Assembly: GCA_964621045.1 (NCBI GenBank)
Contig: CAZUKU010000018.1
Span: 3,061 to 67,060, forward strand
DNA: 64,000 nucleotides
Direction of reading: 5' to 3'
Source of the DNA: an uncultured Gemmatimonas sp.
GTDB lineage: Bacteria > Gemmatimonadota > Gemmatimonadetes > Gemmatimonadales > Gemmatimonadaceae
Position numbers and translations under genes: made by a program. A model generated the notes under the pieces. That model had not been told where the DNA came from, did not search any database, and worked only from the letters and a program-made list of their open reading frames with translations. Shown here piece after piece: positions 1 to 8,318 of this stretch. How positions within the stretch are numbered: position 1 is the stretch's first letter; each line of letters opens with the position of its first letter.

Positions 1-959
1 GCGAAGGGCGGATCGTGATGTTCGATCCCGCCACCGCCACGCTCACGCCCGTGGGCCGGCAAGGCTACGGGCCGCGCGAATGGTCGCGGGCGACTGCATT
101 GCTGCCGCTCGCCGGTGATTCGAGCATCCAGGCGAACCCCGTCGATCGCCGCTGGGTGCTGTTCGACGGAGACCGGGTGTCCCATGTCCTCCCGCCGGAC
201 GCTCCCGTCATCGCGGCTACCCGTGGTGTCGCGAGGGGAGCCGACCGGTTCGGGCGCGTTCTCACCCTGGTGAGCTGGAATACGGCCGACGAGGAAGGCG
301 ATCCCACGCCGCAGCTGGATTCCCTGGCCGCGGTGCTCTTCGACCGCGGGTCCGGACGGGGAGACACGGTGGCCATGCTGCGTTCACCTCCGGGTGAGGA
401 AACCCGCGGCCGGATCCGCGCCTCGAGTGAACCCGCGCTCGCCGTGGGAGAAGAAGTCGCGCTGTTCGTGGACGGCTGGCTCGCGGTGGCGCGCCTCGAT
501 CCCTACCGCATCGACTGGCGTGCGCCCACCGGCGAATGGACGCTCGGCGCTCCGCTTCCCGTTCCCGTGGTGCCGCTCGACACGCGGGAGAAGGAGGCCT
601 ATCTCGCACGAAGCCGCCGCACCATCGCGAGGCTCGACGACATGCCGCCCGAAGTCCGTGACATCTTCATGCGGCGATTCACGGAGTTCCCGGCCACCAT
701 TCCTCCCTTCCAGCCACTCGCCCTGCACGCCGGCACGGACGGCCGGCTGTACATCCGGCGGACGCCGACCGCGGATGCACCGGAGCCGCGCTACGACGTC
801 ATCGACCGTACGCACGGACTCGTGCATCAGCTCCGGCTGAAGCCGGAAGAACGCCTCGTCACCGCCACGCCGCGCGCGCTCCATGTGGTCTGGCCGGACC
901 CCGACGGCGTGGAACGCCTGCGACGGTATCCGCAGGTCGATCCGCAGCACCATCCGTGA
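1..959 (+). CDS. Beta-propeller-like exported protein, 5' end cut by the window edge; paralog of 6404..7558
   Basis: ORF 15..959. The frame stays open back to base 3 (EGRIV...). It aligns from about residue 65 of the 384-aa paralog: ENRIVAADLRAGTVQPVGRKG vs EGRIVMFDPATATLTPVGRQG; DGWIAIARVLPYRVDW vs DGWLAVARLDPYRIDW; DGLQRLRRHP vs DGVERLRRYP. Confidence 0.6.
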   Translation, partial: EGRIVMFDPATATLTPVGRQGYGPREWSRATALLPLAGDSSIQANPVDRRWVLFDGDRVSHVLPPDAPVIAATRGVARGADRFGRVLTLVSWNTADEEGDPTPQLDSLAAVLFDRGSGRGDTVAMLRSPPGEETRGRIRASSEPALAVGEEVALFVDGWLAVARLDPYRIDWRAPTGEWTLGAPLPVPVVPLDTREKEAYLARSRRTIARLDDMPPEVRDIFMRRFTEFPATIPPFQPLALHAGTDGRLYIRRTPTADAPEPRYDVIDRTHGLVHQLRLKPEERLVTATPRALHVVWPDPDGVERLRRYPQVDPQHHP

Positions 960-970
960 CCCGGACGAAA

Positions 971-1000
971 CGTCCGCCGGTACCGCCTCTCCGGCGGGCG
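971..1000 (+). terminator. Candidate intrinsic terminator after the first CDS
   Basis: cgtccgccgg / taccgcctct / ccggcgggcg gives a 10-bp stem with one mismatch. It starts 12 nt after the TGA at 957-959 and is followed by ctgtatcttt. Confidence 0.35.
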
Positions 1001-1086
1001 CTGTATCTTTGCAGGGATAGGCACGATCGGCTCAGGGGGTCGGATGGCGGTCTCGCCGGTCTCTCACCTCCAGCGTTTCCTTCCGC

Positions 1087-2367
1087 ATGACGCGATTGCG
1101 ATCCACCGTCAGACGGGTAGTGGTCACCGGCTTCGGTGCCGTCACGCCGCTCGGCCTCACGGCCGCCGCCACTTGGGATGCCGCCGTACGCGGCGTGAGC
1201 GGTGCGGCACCCATCACCCGCTTCGACGCATCCGGGCACACCACGCGGTTCGCCTGCGAGCTCAAGGGATTCGATCCGCTCGACCACGTGGATCGCAAGC
1301 TGGCCAAGCGCATGGACGTGTTCGCGCAGTACGCCATGGCCGCGGCCAACGAGGCGATCGCGCACGCCGGGCTCGATACCGCCACACTCACCGATGCGCA
1401 GCGCGCGCGGATCGGCGTGATCATCGGCAGCGGCCAGGGAGGCATGGAGACGTTCCAGCACCAGGCCGTCACGTGGCACACGAGCGGGCCGGGGCGGCTG
1501 TCGCCGTTCTTCGTGCCCATGATCATCTGCGACATCGCCGGCGCGTGGGTGGCCATGCAGCACGGGCTGCGCGGTCCGAATCACTGCGTGGTGTCGGCCT
1601 GCGCCACGGGCAACGACAACATCATGAGCGCGCTCGACTCCATTCGCGCCGGACGCGCCGACATCATCCTCGCCGGCGGCGCGGAGTGTGCGATCACGCC
1701 GCTCGGCGTGGGCGGATTCGGCGCCGCGCGTGCGCTCTCCACGCGGAACGACGAACCGGAACGCGCGAGCCGGCCGTTCGACACGGCGCGCGACGGGTTC
1801 GTGCTCGGCGAAGGAGCCGGCGTGCTGGTGCTGGAAGCGCTCGAGTCGGCGGAATCACGCGGCGCGACGATCCATGCGGAAGTGCTGGCCGTGGGCGCGG
1901 CGTGCGATGCGTATCATCTCACCGCGCCGCACCCGGACGGCGTGGGCGCGCGGCTCGCGATGGAAGCGGCGTTCGCCGAAGCGGGGATCGCGCCCACGGA
2001 CGTGGACACGATCAACATGCACGCCACGAGCACGGGGCTCGGCGACGTGGCCGAGTGCAGCGCGGTGCGCGCGGTGCTCGGCGAGCATACGGATCGCGTG
2101 ACGGCCACGGCCACGAAGAGCATGACGGGGCACATGCTCGGCGCGGCCGGCGCGGCGGAGGCGATCCTGTCGGTTCTGAGCATCACGCACGGGATCGTGC
2201 CGCCGGTGATCAATCTCGAGGCGATGGATCCGGGGTGCACGGTGCGCGTGGCGGCGAATGTGCCGGAGCGGCGGACGGTGCGTGTGGCGGTGAGCAATGC
2301 CTTCGGGTTCGGGGGGCATAATACCGCGGCGGTGTTCGCGGCGAGGGAAGTCGGGGATTCGAGGTAG
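1087..2367 (+). CDS. fabF: Beta-ketoacyl-ACP synthase II
   Basis: ATG at 1087. N-terminus RRVVVTGFGAVTPLG, active-site Cys context VVSACATG, MHATSTGLGD, C-terminal NAFGFGGHN. Length is 426 aa. Confidence 0.93.
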   Translation: MTRLRSTVRRVVVTGFGAVTPLGLTAAATWDAAVRGVSGAAPITRFDASGHTTRFACELKGFDPLDHVDRKLAKRMDVFAQYAMAAANEAIAHAGLDTATLTDAQRARIGVIIGSGQGGMETFQHQAVTWHTSGPGRLSPFFVPMIICDIAGAWVAMQHGLRGPNHCVVSACATGNDNIMSALDSIRAGRADIILAGGAECAITPLGVGGFGAARALSTRNDEPERASRPFDTARDGFVLGEGAGVLVLEALESAESRGATIHAEVLAVGAACDAYHLTAPHPDGVGARLAMEAAFAEAGIAPTDVDTINMHATSTGLGDVAECSAVRAVLGEHTDRVTATATKSMTGHMLGAAGAAEAILSVLSITHGIVPPVINLEAMDPGCTVRVAANVPERRTVRVAVSNAFGFGGHNTAAVFAAREVGDSR

Positions 2368-2402
2368 GGGCGGGTACTCGGGGCGATCCGTCGTTGAGGA
2401 GC

Positions 2403-2616
2403 GGGATCGGCCGCACGAGGTCGCAAGCGGCGGGTCGTTAGTCGCGAGTCACGAGGGTGCCTGGCGACTTACAGCCCCGAGACCCGGCGCCGGTGCTCGC
2501 TCCACGCGCCCTCGAGGGCGAAGAAGCGACAAAGCTGGCCAAGGGGGCCCGAGTCGCAGGCACCCTCGAGACTCGAGTCTAAAGACCCGCCGCTTGCGAC
2601 CTCGCACGGCCGATCC
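2403..2616. repeat. Long-hairpin intergenic repeat element, copy A (MITE-like)
   Basis: About 65-nt arms are inverted repeats: gggatcggccgcacgaggtcgcaagcggcgggtcgttagtcgcgagtcacgagggtgcctggcgact (2403-2469) and agtcgcaggcaccctcgagactcgagtctaaagacccgccgcttgcgacctcgcacggccgatcc (2552-2616). The same element, in the same orientation, recurs at 33017-33221. Confidence 0.85.
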
Positions 2617-2703
2617 TGCATCCGGGCAAATCCTCGCGAAAAGCCCCCACGGCGCAAACCCGGCCGCCCGGGACTAACTTCCGGCAGCCAATTGCCCCCG
2701 CCG

Positions 2704-5469
2704 ATGAAGGGCCATTCCCCTGCCCCGCCGAGGTCCGACGTGTCGAACCCCAGGTTCCCCCGCATCCTGTTCCTGATCGCGATCCCCGTCGCGATCTTCC
2801 TCCTCCCGACGCTGAGCGGACTGCTCGTCGACTTCTGGTGGTTCCGGGAGGTCGGCTACGAGGTGGTCTTCACCCGCTCGCTGGTCACGAAGCTGCTGCT
2901 CTTCGCCGGCACGGCCGTGGTCGCGGCGCTGGTCTTCGGCGGCAACCTGGCGTTCGCGCAGCGGGGCGCGGTGCCGGAGCCCGTGCTCGTGAAGATCGGC
3001 GACGCCACGCAGACGGTGGACCTCACCGGCGTGCTCCGCCGCTTCACCCGTCCGGCCACCATCGTCATCAGCCTCATCGTGGCGCTCGGCGCCACGGCGC
3101 TCTGGGACACGCTGCTGCTGTACCTCAACCGCACGCCGTTCGGCACGACCGATCCCGTCTTCTCGCGCGACATGGGCTGGTACGTGTTCACGCTGCCCGC
3201 GCTCTCCGCCCTGCTCGGCGTGGCGCGCAGCCTGGTCACGCTGAGTCTCATCCTGCTCGTGCCGCTGTACTTCTTCCGCGGCGACGTGGTGATGCTGCCG
3301 CGCGGGCTCCGCATCGAGCCCACGGCCGGCCGCCACCTCGGCGTGCTGCTCGCCACCTGGTTCCTGCTCGCCGGCATCGAGCTCTGGTTCGTGGACTCGG
3401 CGATGCTCCTGTACTCCGGCACCGGACCGCTCACGGGCGCGAGCTACTCCGACCTGCACGCCACGCTCCCCGCGTTCCGGGCGCAGGCGGTGGTGGCGCT
3501 GCTCGGCGTCCTGCTCGTGCTCCTGGGCGCGTTCCGCGCGCAGCTCGGCTGGTATGCCTTTCTCGCCGTTGGCGCGTATGCCGTGGTGGGCGTGCTCGGC
3601 CGCGGCGCCGCGCCGTGGCTCGTGCAGAAGTTCGTGGTGGCGCCCACCGAGCTCACGCGGGAATCGCCGTACCTCGCACACCACATCGAGGCCACGCGCC
3701 GCGCCTGGTCGCTCGACGGCGTGGAAGTGCGCGAGCTCGCCGGCGAAACGGCGCTCACCATGGCGCACATCCGCGCCAATGGCCCCACGATCGAGAACGT
3801 GCGCCTCTGGGACCGCGCGCCGCTTCTCCGCACGTTCAAGCAGCTCCAGGAAATCCGCACGTACTACGACTTCGTGTCCGTGGACGACGACCGCTACTGG
3901 ATCGACGGCAAGTACCGCCAGGTGCTGCTCTCCACGCGCGAGCTCAACTCCGCGTCGCTCCCCACGCGCACGTTCATCAACGAGCATCTCACCTTCACGC
4001 ACGGCATGGGGCTCACCATGAGCCCCGTGAACGAAGTGACGCCCGAAGGGCTGCCCGTGCTCTTCGTGCAGGACCTGCCGCCGCGGGCCGTCCGGTCGCT
4101 GCAGGTGAGCCGGCCGCAGATCTACTACGGCGAGCTCACGTCGTCGCACGTGTTCGTGAACACCAACCAGCGCGAGTTCGACCACCCGTCGGGCGAGGCG
4201 AACGTGTTCCGCGCCTACACCGGCACCGGCGGTGTGCCGGTGGGGAACATCCTGCGCCGGTCGCTGCTCGCGCTGCACTTCGGCTCCACCAAGATCCTGC
4301 TCTCGGGCGACATCACGTCGGAGAGCCGCATCCTGTACAACCGCAACATCCGCGAACGCGTGCGGAAGGCGCTGCCGTTCCTCACGCTCGACCGCGATCC
4401 GTACATCGTGCTCGCCGAAGACGGCACGATGCACTGGATCCAGGACGCGTACACCACCACCACGCGGTATCCGTATTCGTTCCGCGCGAACGACGGCACG
4501 AGCTACATGCGGAACAGCGTCAAGATCGTGATCGACGCGTACAACGGCACGCTGCGGGCGTTCATCTCGGCGCCGGACGATCCGATCGTGCAGTCGTGGG
4601 CCAAGGTCTTCCCCGGCATCTTCCAGCCCATGACCGCGATGCCGGACGATCTCCTGGCGCACCTGCGGTATCCGGACGACCTGTTCCGCGCGCAGTCGGC
4701 GCTGTACACCACGTACCACATGGACACGCCGGAGGAGTTCTACAACCGCGAGGACCAGTGGCAGATCCCGAGCGTGGACCGCTCCGACGGGTCGGTGCCG
4801 TTCATGCGGCACATCATCATGCGGCTCCCCGACGAGCCCGCGGCCGAGTTCATCTACATGGCGCCGTTCACGCCGCGCGGCAAGGACAACCTCGCCGCGT
4901 GGATGGTGGCGCGGAACGACGGCGAGCACTACGGCAAGCTGCGCGTGTACCGGTTCCCGCGGCAGAGCCTCGTGTACGGCCCGCGGCAGATCGAGAACCG
5001 CATCAGCCAGAACACGGAGATCTCGCGGCAGATCGCGCTCTGGGACCAGCGCGGGTCGCAGGTGATCCGCGGCGACCTGCTCGTGATTCCGATCGAGGCC
5101 GCGCTGCTGTACGTGCAGCCCATCTACACGCAGGCCGACGGCGGCCGCATCCCCGAGCTCAAGCGTGTGGTGATCGCGTACGCGGACCAGGTGGTGATGC
5201 GCGAGACGTTCGAATCGGCGCTGTCGGCGCTGTTCGGCGGACCGGACGACGGACCCGTGCGCATGGCGGTGGACGTGGGCGCGGGCGAGGAAGAGCCGGC
5301 GGTCGCGGTGAGCGCCACGCTGCAGACGCTCATCAGCGACGCGCGCCGCCGCTACCAGGCCGCGGTGGATGCGCAGCGCGACGGTGACTGGGCGCGGTAC
5401 GGCGAGGAGCTCCGGCAGCTCGGCACGCTGCTGGAGCGGCTGGAGGCGACGCGGACGGCGCAGCCGTAG
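2704..5469 (+). CDS. UPF0182-family large membrane protein
   Basis: ORF 2692..5469 (TTG at 2692, first ATG at 2704). About 920 aa with a multi-TM N-terminal third and a large soluble C-terminal part. Motifs such as [24 protein letters not shown] and [20 protein letters not shown] match the UPF0182 family as I recall it. Confidence 0.8.
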   Translation: MKGHSPAPPRSDVSNPRFPRILFLIAIPVAIFLLPTLSGLLVDFWWFREVGYEVVFTRSLVTKLLLFAGTAVVAALVFGGNLAFAQRGAVPEPVLVKIGDATQTVDLTGVLRRFTRPATIVISLIVALGATALWDTLLLYLNRTPFGTTDPVFSRDMGWYVFTLPALSALLGVARSLVTLSLILLVPLYFFRGDVVMLPRGLRIEPTAGRHLGVLLATWFLLAGIELWFVDSAMLLYSGTGPLTGASYSDLHATLPAFRAQAVVALLGVLLVLLGAFRAQLGWYAFLAVGAYAVVGVLGRGAAPWLVQKFVVAPTELTRESPYLAHHIEATRRAWSLDGVEVRELAGETALTMAHIRANGPTIENVRLWDRAPLLRTFKQLQEIRTYYDFVSVDDDRYWIDGKYRQVLLSTRELNSASLPTRTFINEHLTFTHGMGLTMSPVNEVTPEGLPVLFVQDLPPRAVRSLQVSRPQIYYGELTSSHVFVNTNQREFDHPSGEANVFRAYTGTGGVPVGNILRRSLLALHFGSTKILLSGDITSESRILYNRNIRERVRKALPFLTLDRDPYIVLAEDGTMHWIQDAYTTTTRYPYSFRANDGTSYMRNSVKIVIDAYNGTLRAFISAPDDPIVQSWAKVFPGIFQPMTAMPDDLLAHLRYPDDLFRAQSALYTTYHMDTPEEFYNREDQWQIPSVDRSDGSVPFMRHIIMRLPDEPAAEFIYMAPFTPRGKDNLAAWMVARNDGEHYGKLRVYRFPRQSLVYGPRQIENRISQNTEISRQIALWDQRGSQVIRGDLLVIPIEAALLYVQPIYTQADGGRIPELKRVVIAYADQVVMRETFESALSALFGGPDDGPVRMAVDVGAGEEEPAVAVSATLQTLISDARRRYQAAVDAQRDGDWARYGEELRQLGTLLERLEATRTAQP

Positions 5470-5486
5470 CGAGGAGATCCGGGCCC

Positions 5487-5918
5487 ATGCGGCATCCCAG
5501 CCCCGATTCCGCGGCCGTGCGCCGCCGGGGGAGCACGCGCGTCGTGGTCGCGATCGTGCTGCTCGCCGCATGCGCTCTCGCCGTCTTCGGCGTCCTCGCG
5601 TTCGGTCTCACGGAGAAGGCACAGCCCCCGCGCGCCCTCGGGGTCGACAGCGTGAACCTGTCGGCCGCCGATTTCCTGCGCCATTATACCAGTCAGGTGC
5701 GGGCCGAGCGGGAGGCCGCGATGCTGTACCTGCTCGGCGTGCAGGACGCCACCGAAGGCCGGTCGTGGTGCGACTACGGAACGATCAAGTCCATCACGCT
5801 GCGCGAGTTCGTGTTCGAGCACTTCCGGAAGCAGTCGCCGCAGGCCCTGCAGCGCCGGGCCGCCCACGTGATCGAGGAAGCGCTGACGACCAGTTTCCCC
5901 TGCCGGAGCGGATCATGA
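5487..5918 (+). CDS. Rap1a/Tai4-type periplasmic immunity protein (membrane-anchored or lipoprotein)
   Basis: ATG at 5487, preceded by GAGGAG at 5471-5476. N-terminal hydrophobic anchor with a lipobox-like VLLAAC. Rap1a-like pattern [18 protein letters not shown]...[36 protein letters not shown], with two conserved-looking Cys. Sits directly upstream of, and overlaps, a Tae4-type gene. Confidence 0.7.
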   Translation: MRHPSPDSAAVRRRGSTRVVVAIVLLAACALAVFGVLAFGLTEKAQPPRALGVDSVNLSAADFLRHYTSQVRAEREAAMLYLLGVQDATEGRSWCDYGTIKSITLREFVFEHFRKQSPQALQRRAAHVIEEALTTSFPCRSGS

Positions 5919-6403
5919 CGCCGACGTACAAGAAGCTTCGCGATCATCACTACTCCTCCGACCATACCCGGAGCGGTTATGTGTCGGCGGAGGATCTGTA
6001 CAAGGAGATCGGCTACACGCTGGAGGAGCTGGTCAAGCAGAACGCGGGGTACAGCAATACCTGCGCGGTTCGCGTGAGCCTCGCGCTGCTCAAGGCGGGG
6101 GTGGCGTTCAAGGGGCGGCTGCCCGTCAAGGCCGGCCCCTTCAAGGGCAAGATGATCGAGCCGGGCGCCAAGCTGCTGGCCGACCAGCTCAAGCTGCCCT
6201 CGGTCATCGGCAAGCCGAAATACCTCAAGCCCGAGGACGCGTCGGCGAAGATCGGCATGAAGCGGGGCGTGGTCTTCTTCTGGAAGATCGTCGATTACGG
6301 CGGCGGGCACATCGATCTCATCGAAACCGTCACCATGGAACAGCAGTGCAACTCGAACTGCTACTTCTCGTGCAAGGAAGTGTGGTTCTGGGAGTTGCGC
6401 TGA
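5915..6403 (+). CDS. tae4: Tae4/Ssp1-family peptidoglycan amidase (T6SS-type effector), 162 aa, no signal peptide
   Basis: ATG at 5915 overlaps the upstream TGA (ATGA at 5915-5918), with GGAG 6 nt upstream. Catalytic Cys context [14 protein letters not shown] (tgc 6062-6064). His context [11 protein letters not shown] (cac 6308-6310). CxxxC pair QQCNSNCYF and a C-terminal VWFWELR. This parallels Salmonella Tae4 (NACPIRMSYVL ... GHVTLWNGSICSDQC ... LWILP). Confidence 0.8.
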   Translation: MTPTYKKLRDHHYSSDHTRSGYVSAEDLYKEIGYTLEELVKQNAGYSNTCAVRVSLALLKAGVAFKGRLPVKAGPFKGKMIEPGAKLLADQLKLPSVIGKPKYLKPEDASAKIGMKRGVVFFWKIVDYGGGHIDLIETVTMEQQCNSNCYFSCKEVWFWELR

Positions 6404-7558
6404 TCAGCGCCAAGGGTGCCGCCGGAGCCGCTGCAGGCCGTCGCTGTCGGAGACCGCGACATACACGGCCCGCGCGCCGAAACCCACGATGCGTTCCTCG
6501 AGCGGCAGCGTGATCCGGCCGGTCACGATTCCGCGACGGTCCACCACGTCGTAGCTCCGCGCCATGCCCTCGGCGGAGGGCAGGCGCTCCACCAGCAGCC
6601 GGCCATCAGGGGACGCGAAGAGCGCGCCCGCATCGAAGCGGCTTGCCGGCTCCACGAACGGCGGCACGAAATCCAGCCAATTGCTCGTCTCCTCGATCGC
6701 GGAGGTGGGCGGCCATGTGCCCAGACGGTTCGCCATTTCGAGATGTGCGCGCTTCTCCCGGTCGGTCATCGGCACCGGACGCGCCTGCAACACCGGCCCC
6801 GTCGTGCAGCCGCCGGCGGGCGCGCACCAGTCCACGCGGTACGGCAGCACGCGGGCGATCGCGATCCACCCGTCGGGGAAGGCGATGAACTGGTCCATGG
6901 CATTCATGGATATGCTGTACCGGGGACGTGTGCCCGCGGCCGCCCCTCCAGCCCGTTCGGCACCGGCTGCGGACGTTCCCGGCGGCATGATGAGGGAGCG
7001 CACCCGCGCGATGGTATCCTTGCGCGCGGTGCGGCCGTCGTACCGCACGAGCCAGAGTGAATCCGGTATCTGTCTCCTGTTCCCGTCGCTCGGGAGCTCG
7101 GCAAAGATCAAACGGCTGCTCCCGTCCGCTCCCAGGAGCCGCCCCCACGCCATGGACGTCACCACCGGATCGCTGCCGGTGTGTGTGCCCACGATCCTGT
7201 CGCCGTCGAACACGAGCCAGCCGCTCGCGTTGAAGTTCCGCATGATCGTGGAGTCCCCGCCCATGGCCCAGAGCCGGACCACCTGGGTGAACTCGCCGGG
7301 CCCGCTTCCCTTACGGCCCACGGGCTGCACCGTGCCGGCGCGCAGGTCGGCCGCCACGATGCGGTTCTCCTTTTCGTCGGTGATCAGCACCCGGCCGTCG
7401 CGCAGTTCGCGCACGCCGGCGATCACGCTGAACTCCTCGGCAAGGCGGGCATCGGCCGGCGGCAGCGTGATCGCGGTCTGCGCGTGCAGGGCCTGGCACG
7501 GGAGCGCCAGCATGAGGCCGGGCATGGTCAGGCGGACAAGGCGGCAGCCGATCGACAT
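6404..7558 (-). CDS. Exported beta-propeller-like protein (paralog of 1..959)
   Basis: ATG at 7558. Signal peptide MSIGCRLVRLTMPGLMLALPCQALHAQ and an NHL-like GSGPGEF motif. Shares blocks with the first CDS. Its stop codon abuts the tae4 stop. Confidence 0.65.
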   Translation of the reverse strand: MSIGCRLVRLTMPGLMLALPCQALHAQTAITLPPADARLAEEFSVIAGVRELRDGRVLITDEKENRIVAADLRAGTVQPVGRKGSGPGEFTQVVRLWAMGGDSTIMRNFNASGWLVFDGDRIVGTHTGSDPVVTSMAWGRLLGADGSSRLIFAELPSDGNRRQIPDSLWLVRYDGRTARKDTIARVRSLIMPPGTSAAGAERAGGAAAGTRPRYSISMNAMDQFIAFPDGWIAIARVLPYRVDWCAPAGGCTTGPVLQARPVPMTDREKRAHLEMANRLGTWPPTSAIEETSNWLDFVPPFVEPASRFDAGALFASPDGRLLVERLPSAEGMARSYDVVDRRGIVTGRITLPLEERIVGFGARAVYVAVSDSDGLQRLRRHPWR

Positions 7559-7700
7559 GGCAGAGGGGGTTCAGTTGAACCAGGCGGCGCAGCATCAGTG
7601 CGCTGGCACTAGAGATGGGGGCGCAACAGGATCGAAGCAAGTTCAGCAGTGGGCGGCTATAGGCGATAGCCAACCGCCCATGGCCTATTGCCGTAGTGCG

Positions 7701-7753
7701 CTTCGCTCCATTTGGCCGTTCGGCCGGTTCCCGTTTGGCCATTCGGCCGGGCA
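7701..7753. repeat. Left arm (core) of the large inverted repeat flanking the tandem array
   Basis: cttcgctccatttggccgttcggccggttcccgtttggccattcggccgggca is the reverse complement of 8066-8117 except for a few bases near the outer end. Weaker similarity extends outward to about 7676. Confidence 0.85.
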
Positions 7754-7832
7754 CACTTCGGACACGGACGACAACCGCGATGGTGCCCTCACGGACGGTA
7801 CAGGGATGCCGGGACCGTGCGCCGGCCCGGGT

Positions 7833-7992
7833 GGGCAATAGGCTATAGGCCATGGCCGATCGCCCCACCCGAGGGCAATAGGCTATAGGCCATGGCCGAT
7901 CGCCCCACCCGAGGGCGATAGGCTATTGCCCATGGCCGATCGCCCCACCCGAGGGCAATAGGCTATTGCCCATGGCCGATCGCCCCACCCGG
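7833..7992. repeat. Four head-to-tail 40-bp tandem repeats
   Basis: The unit is gggcaataggctataggccatggccgatcgccccacccga. Copies lie at 7833-7872, 7873-7912, 7913-7952 and 7953-7992. Copies 3 and 4 carry ggctattgcc instead of ggctataggc. Each unit contains small palindromes (ggccatggcc; gggcaata..tattgccc). Confidence 0.95.
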
Positions 7993-8065
7993 ACGGTGCT
8001 CCTTGCCGGCATCCCGCCTGTTCCCGCAGGGCTGCCCCGGTCTCTCCGTGCCATTGTCCGCAGCC

Positions 8066-8117
8066 TGCCCGGCCGAATGGCCAAACGGGAACCGGCCGAA
8101 CGGGCGATGGAGCGAAG
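8066..8117. repeat. Right arm (core) of the large inverted repeat
   Basis: tgcccggccgaatggccaaacgggaaccggccgaacgggcgatggagcgaag is the reverse complement of 7701-7753. Similarity continues to about 8140-8160. Confidence 0.85.
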
Positions 8118-8233
8118 AACAACAGCGGCAATGGGCAATGGGCCATAGCCCATGGCCTACCGCACAGGCCGAGCCACTGGCGCGGCTCGGGCACGCTGTT
8201 TACTCTACCTGTCTGCCGGCAACGCCGGCACAC

Positions 8234-8307
8234 GGGCGTGTAGCTCAGCTGGTTAGAGCGCTGCTTTCACACAGCAGAGGTCCGGGGTTCGAGTCCCTGC
8301 ACGCCCA
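8234..8307 (+). tRNA. tRNA-Val (anticodon CAC)
   Basis: 74-nt cloverleaf. Acceptor GGGCGTG/CACGCCC plus discriminator A. D arm GCTC-AGCTGGTTA-GAGC. Anticodon arm CTGCT-TTCACAC-AGCAG. T arm CGGGG-TTCGAGT-CCCTG. CCA is not encoded. Confidence 0.93.
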
Positions 8308-8318
8308 TACAACGACTC

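Noticed and set aside
2674-5571. 965-aa ORF on the minus strand covering the whole UPF0182 gene
   Set aside because: It is antisense to a gene with clear family motifs. The translation is Arg/His/Glu/Ala/Val/Gly-rich low complexity with no motif. This is the typical stop-codon-poor antisense frame of a high-GC genome.
5369-5914. N-terminal 182 codons of the 344-aa ORF 5369..6403
   Set aside because: This part overlaps the end of the UPF0182 gene and the whole immunity gene in another frame and is Arg/Ala/Gly-rich. Homology to Tae4 begins only at the internal ATG 5915, which has its own GGAG.
7833-7992. CRISPR array
   Set aside because: The four 40-bp repeats are directly adjacent with no spacers, and no cas genes are present in the window.
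8190-8204. Sigma-54-like GGCACG-N4-TTAC upstream of tRNA-Val
   Set aside because: It mismatches at the conserved TTGC, and a sigma-54 promoter for a tRNA gene is implausible. Likely chance in GC-rich DNA.
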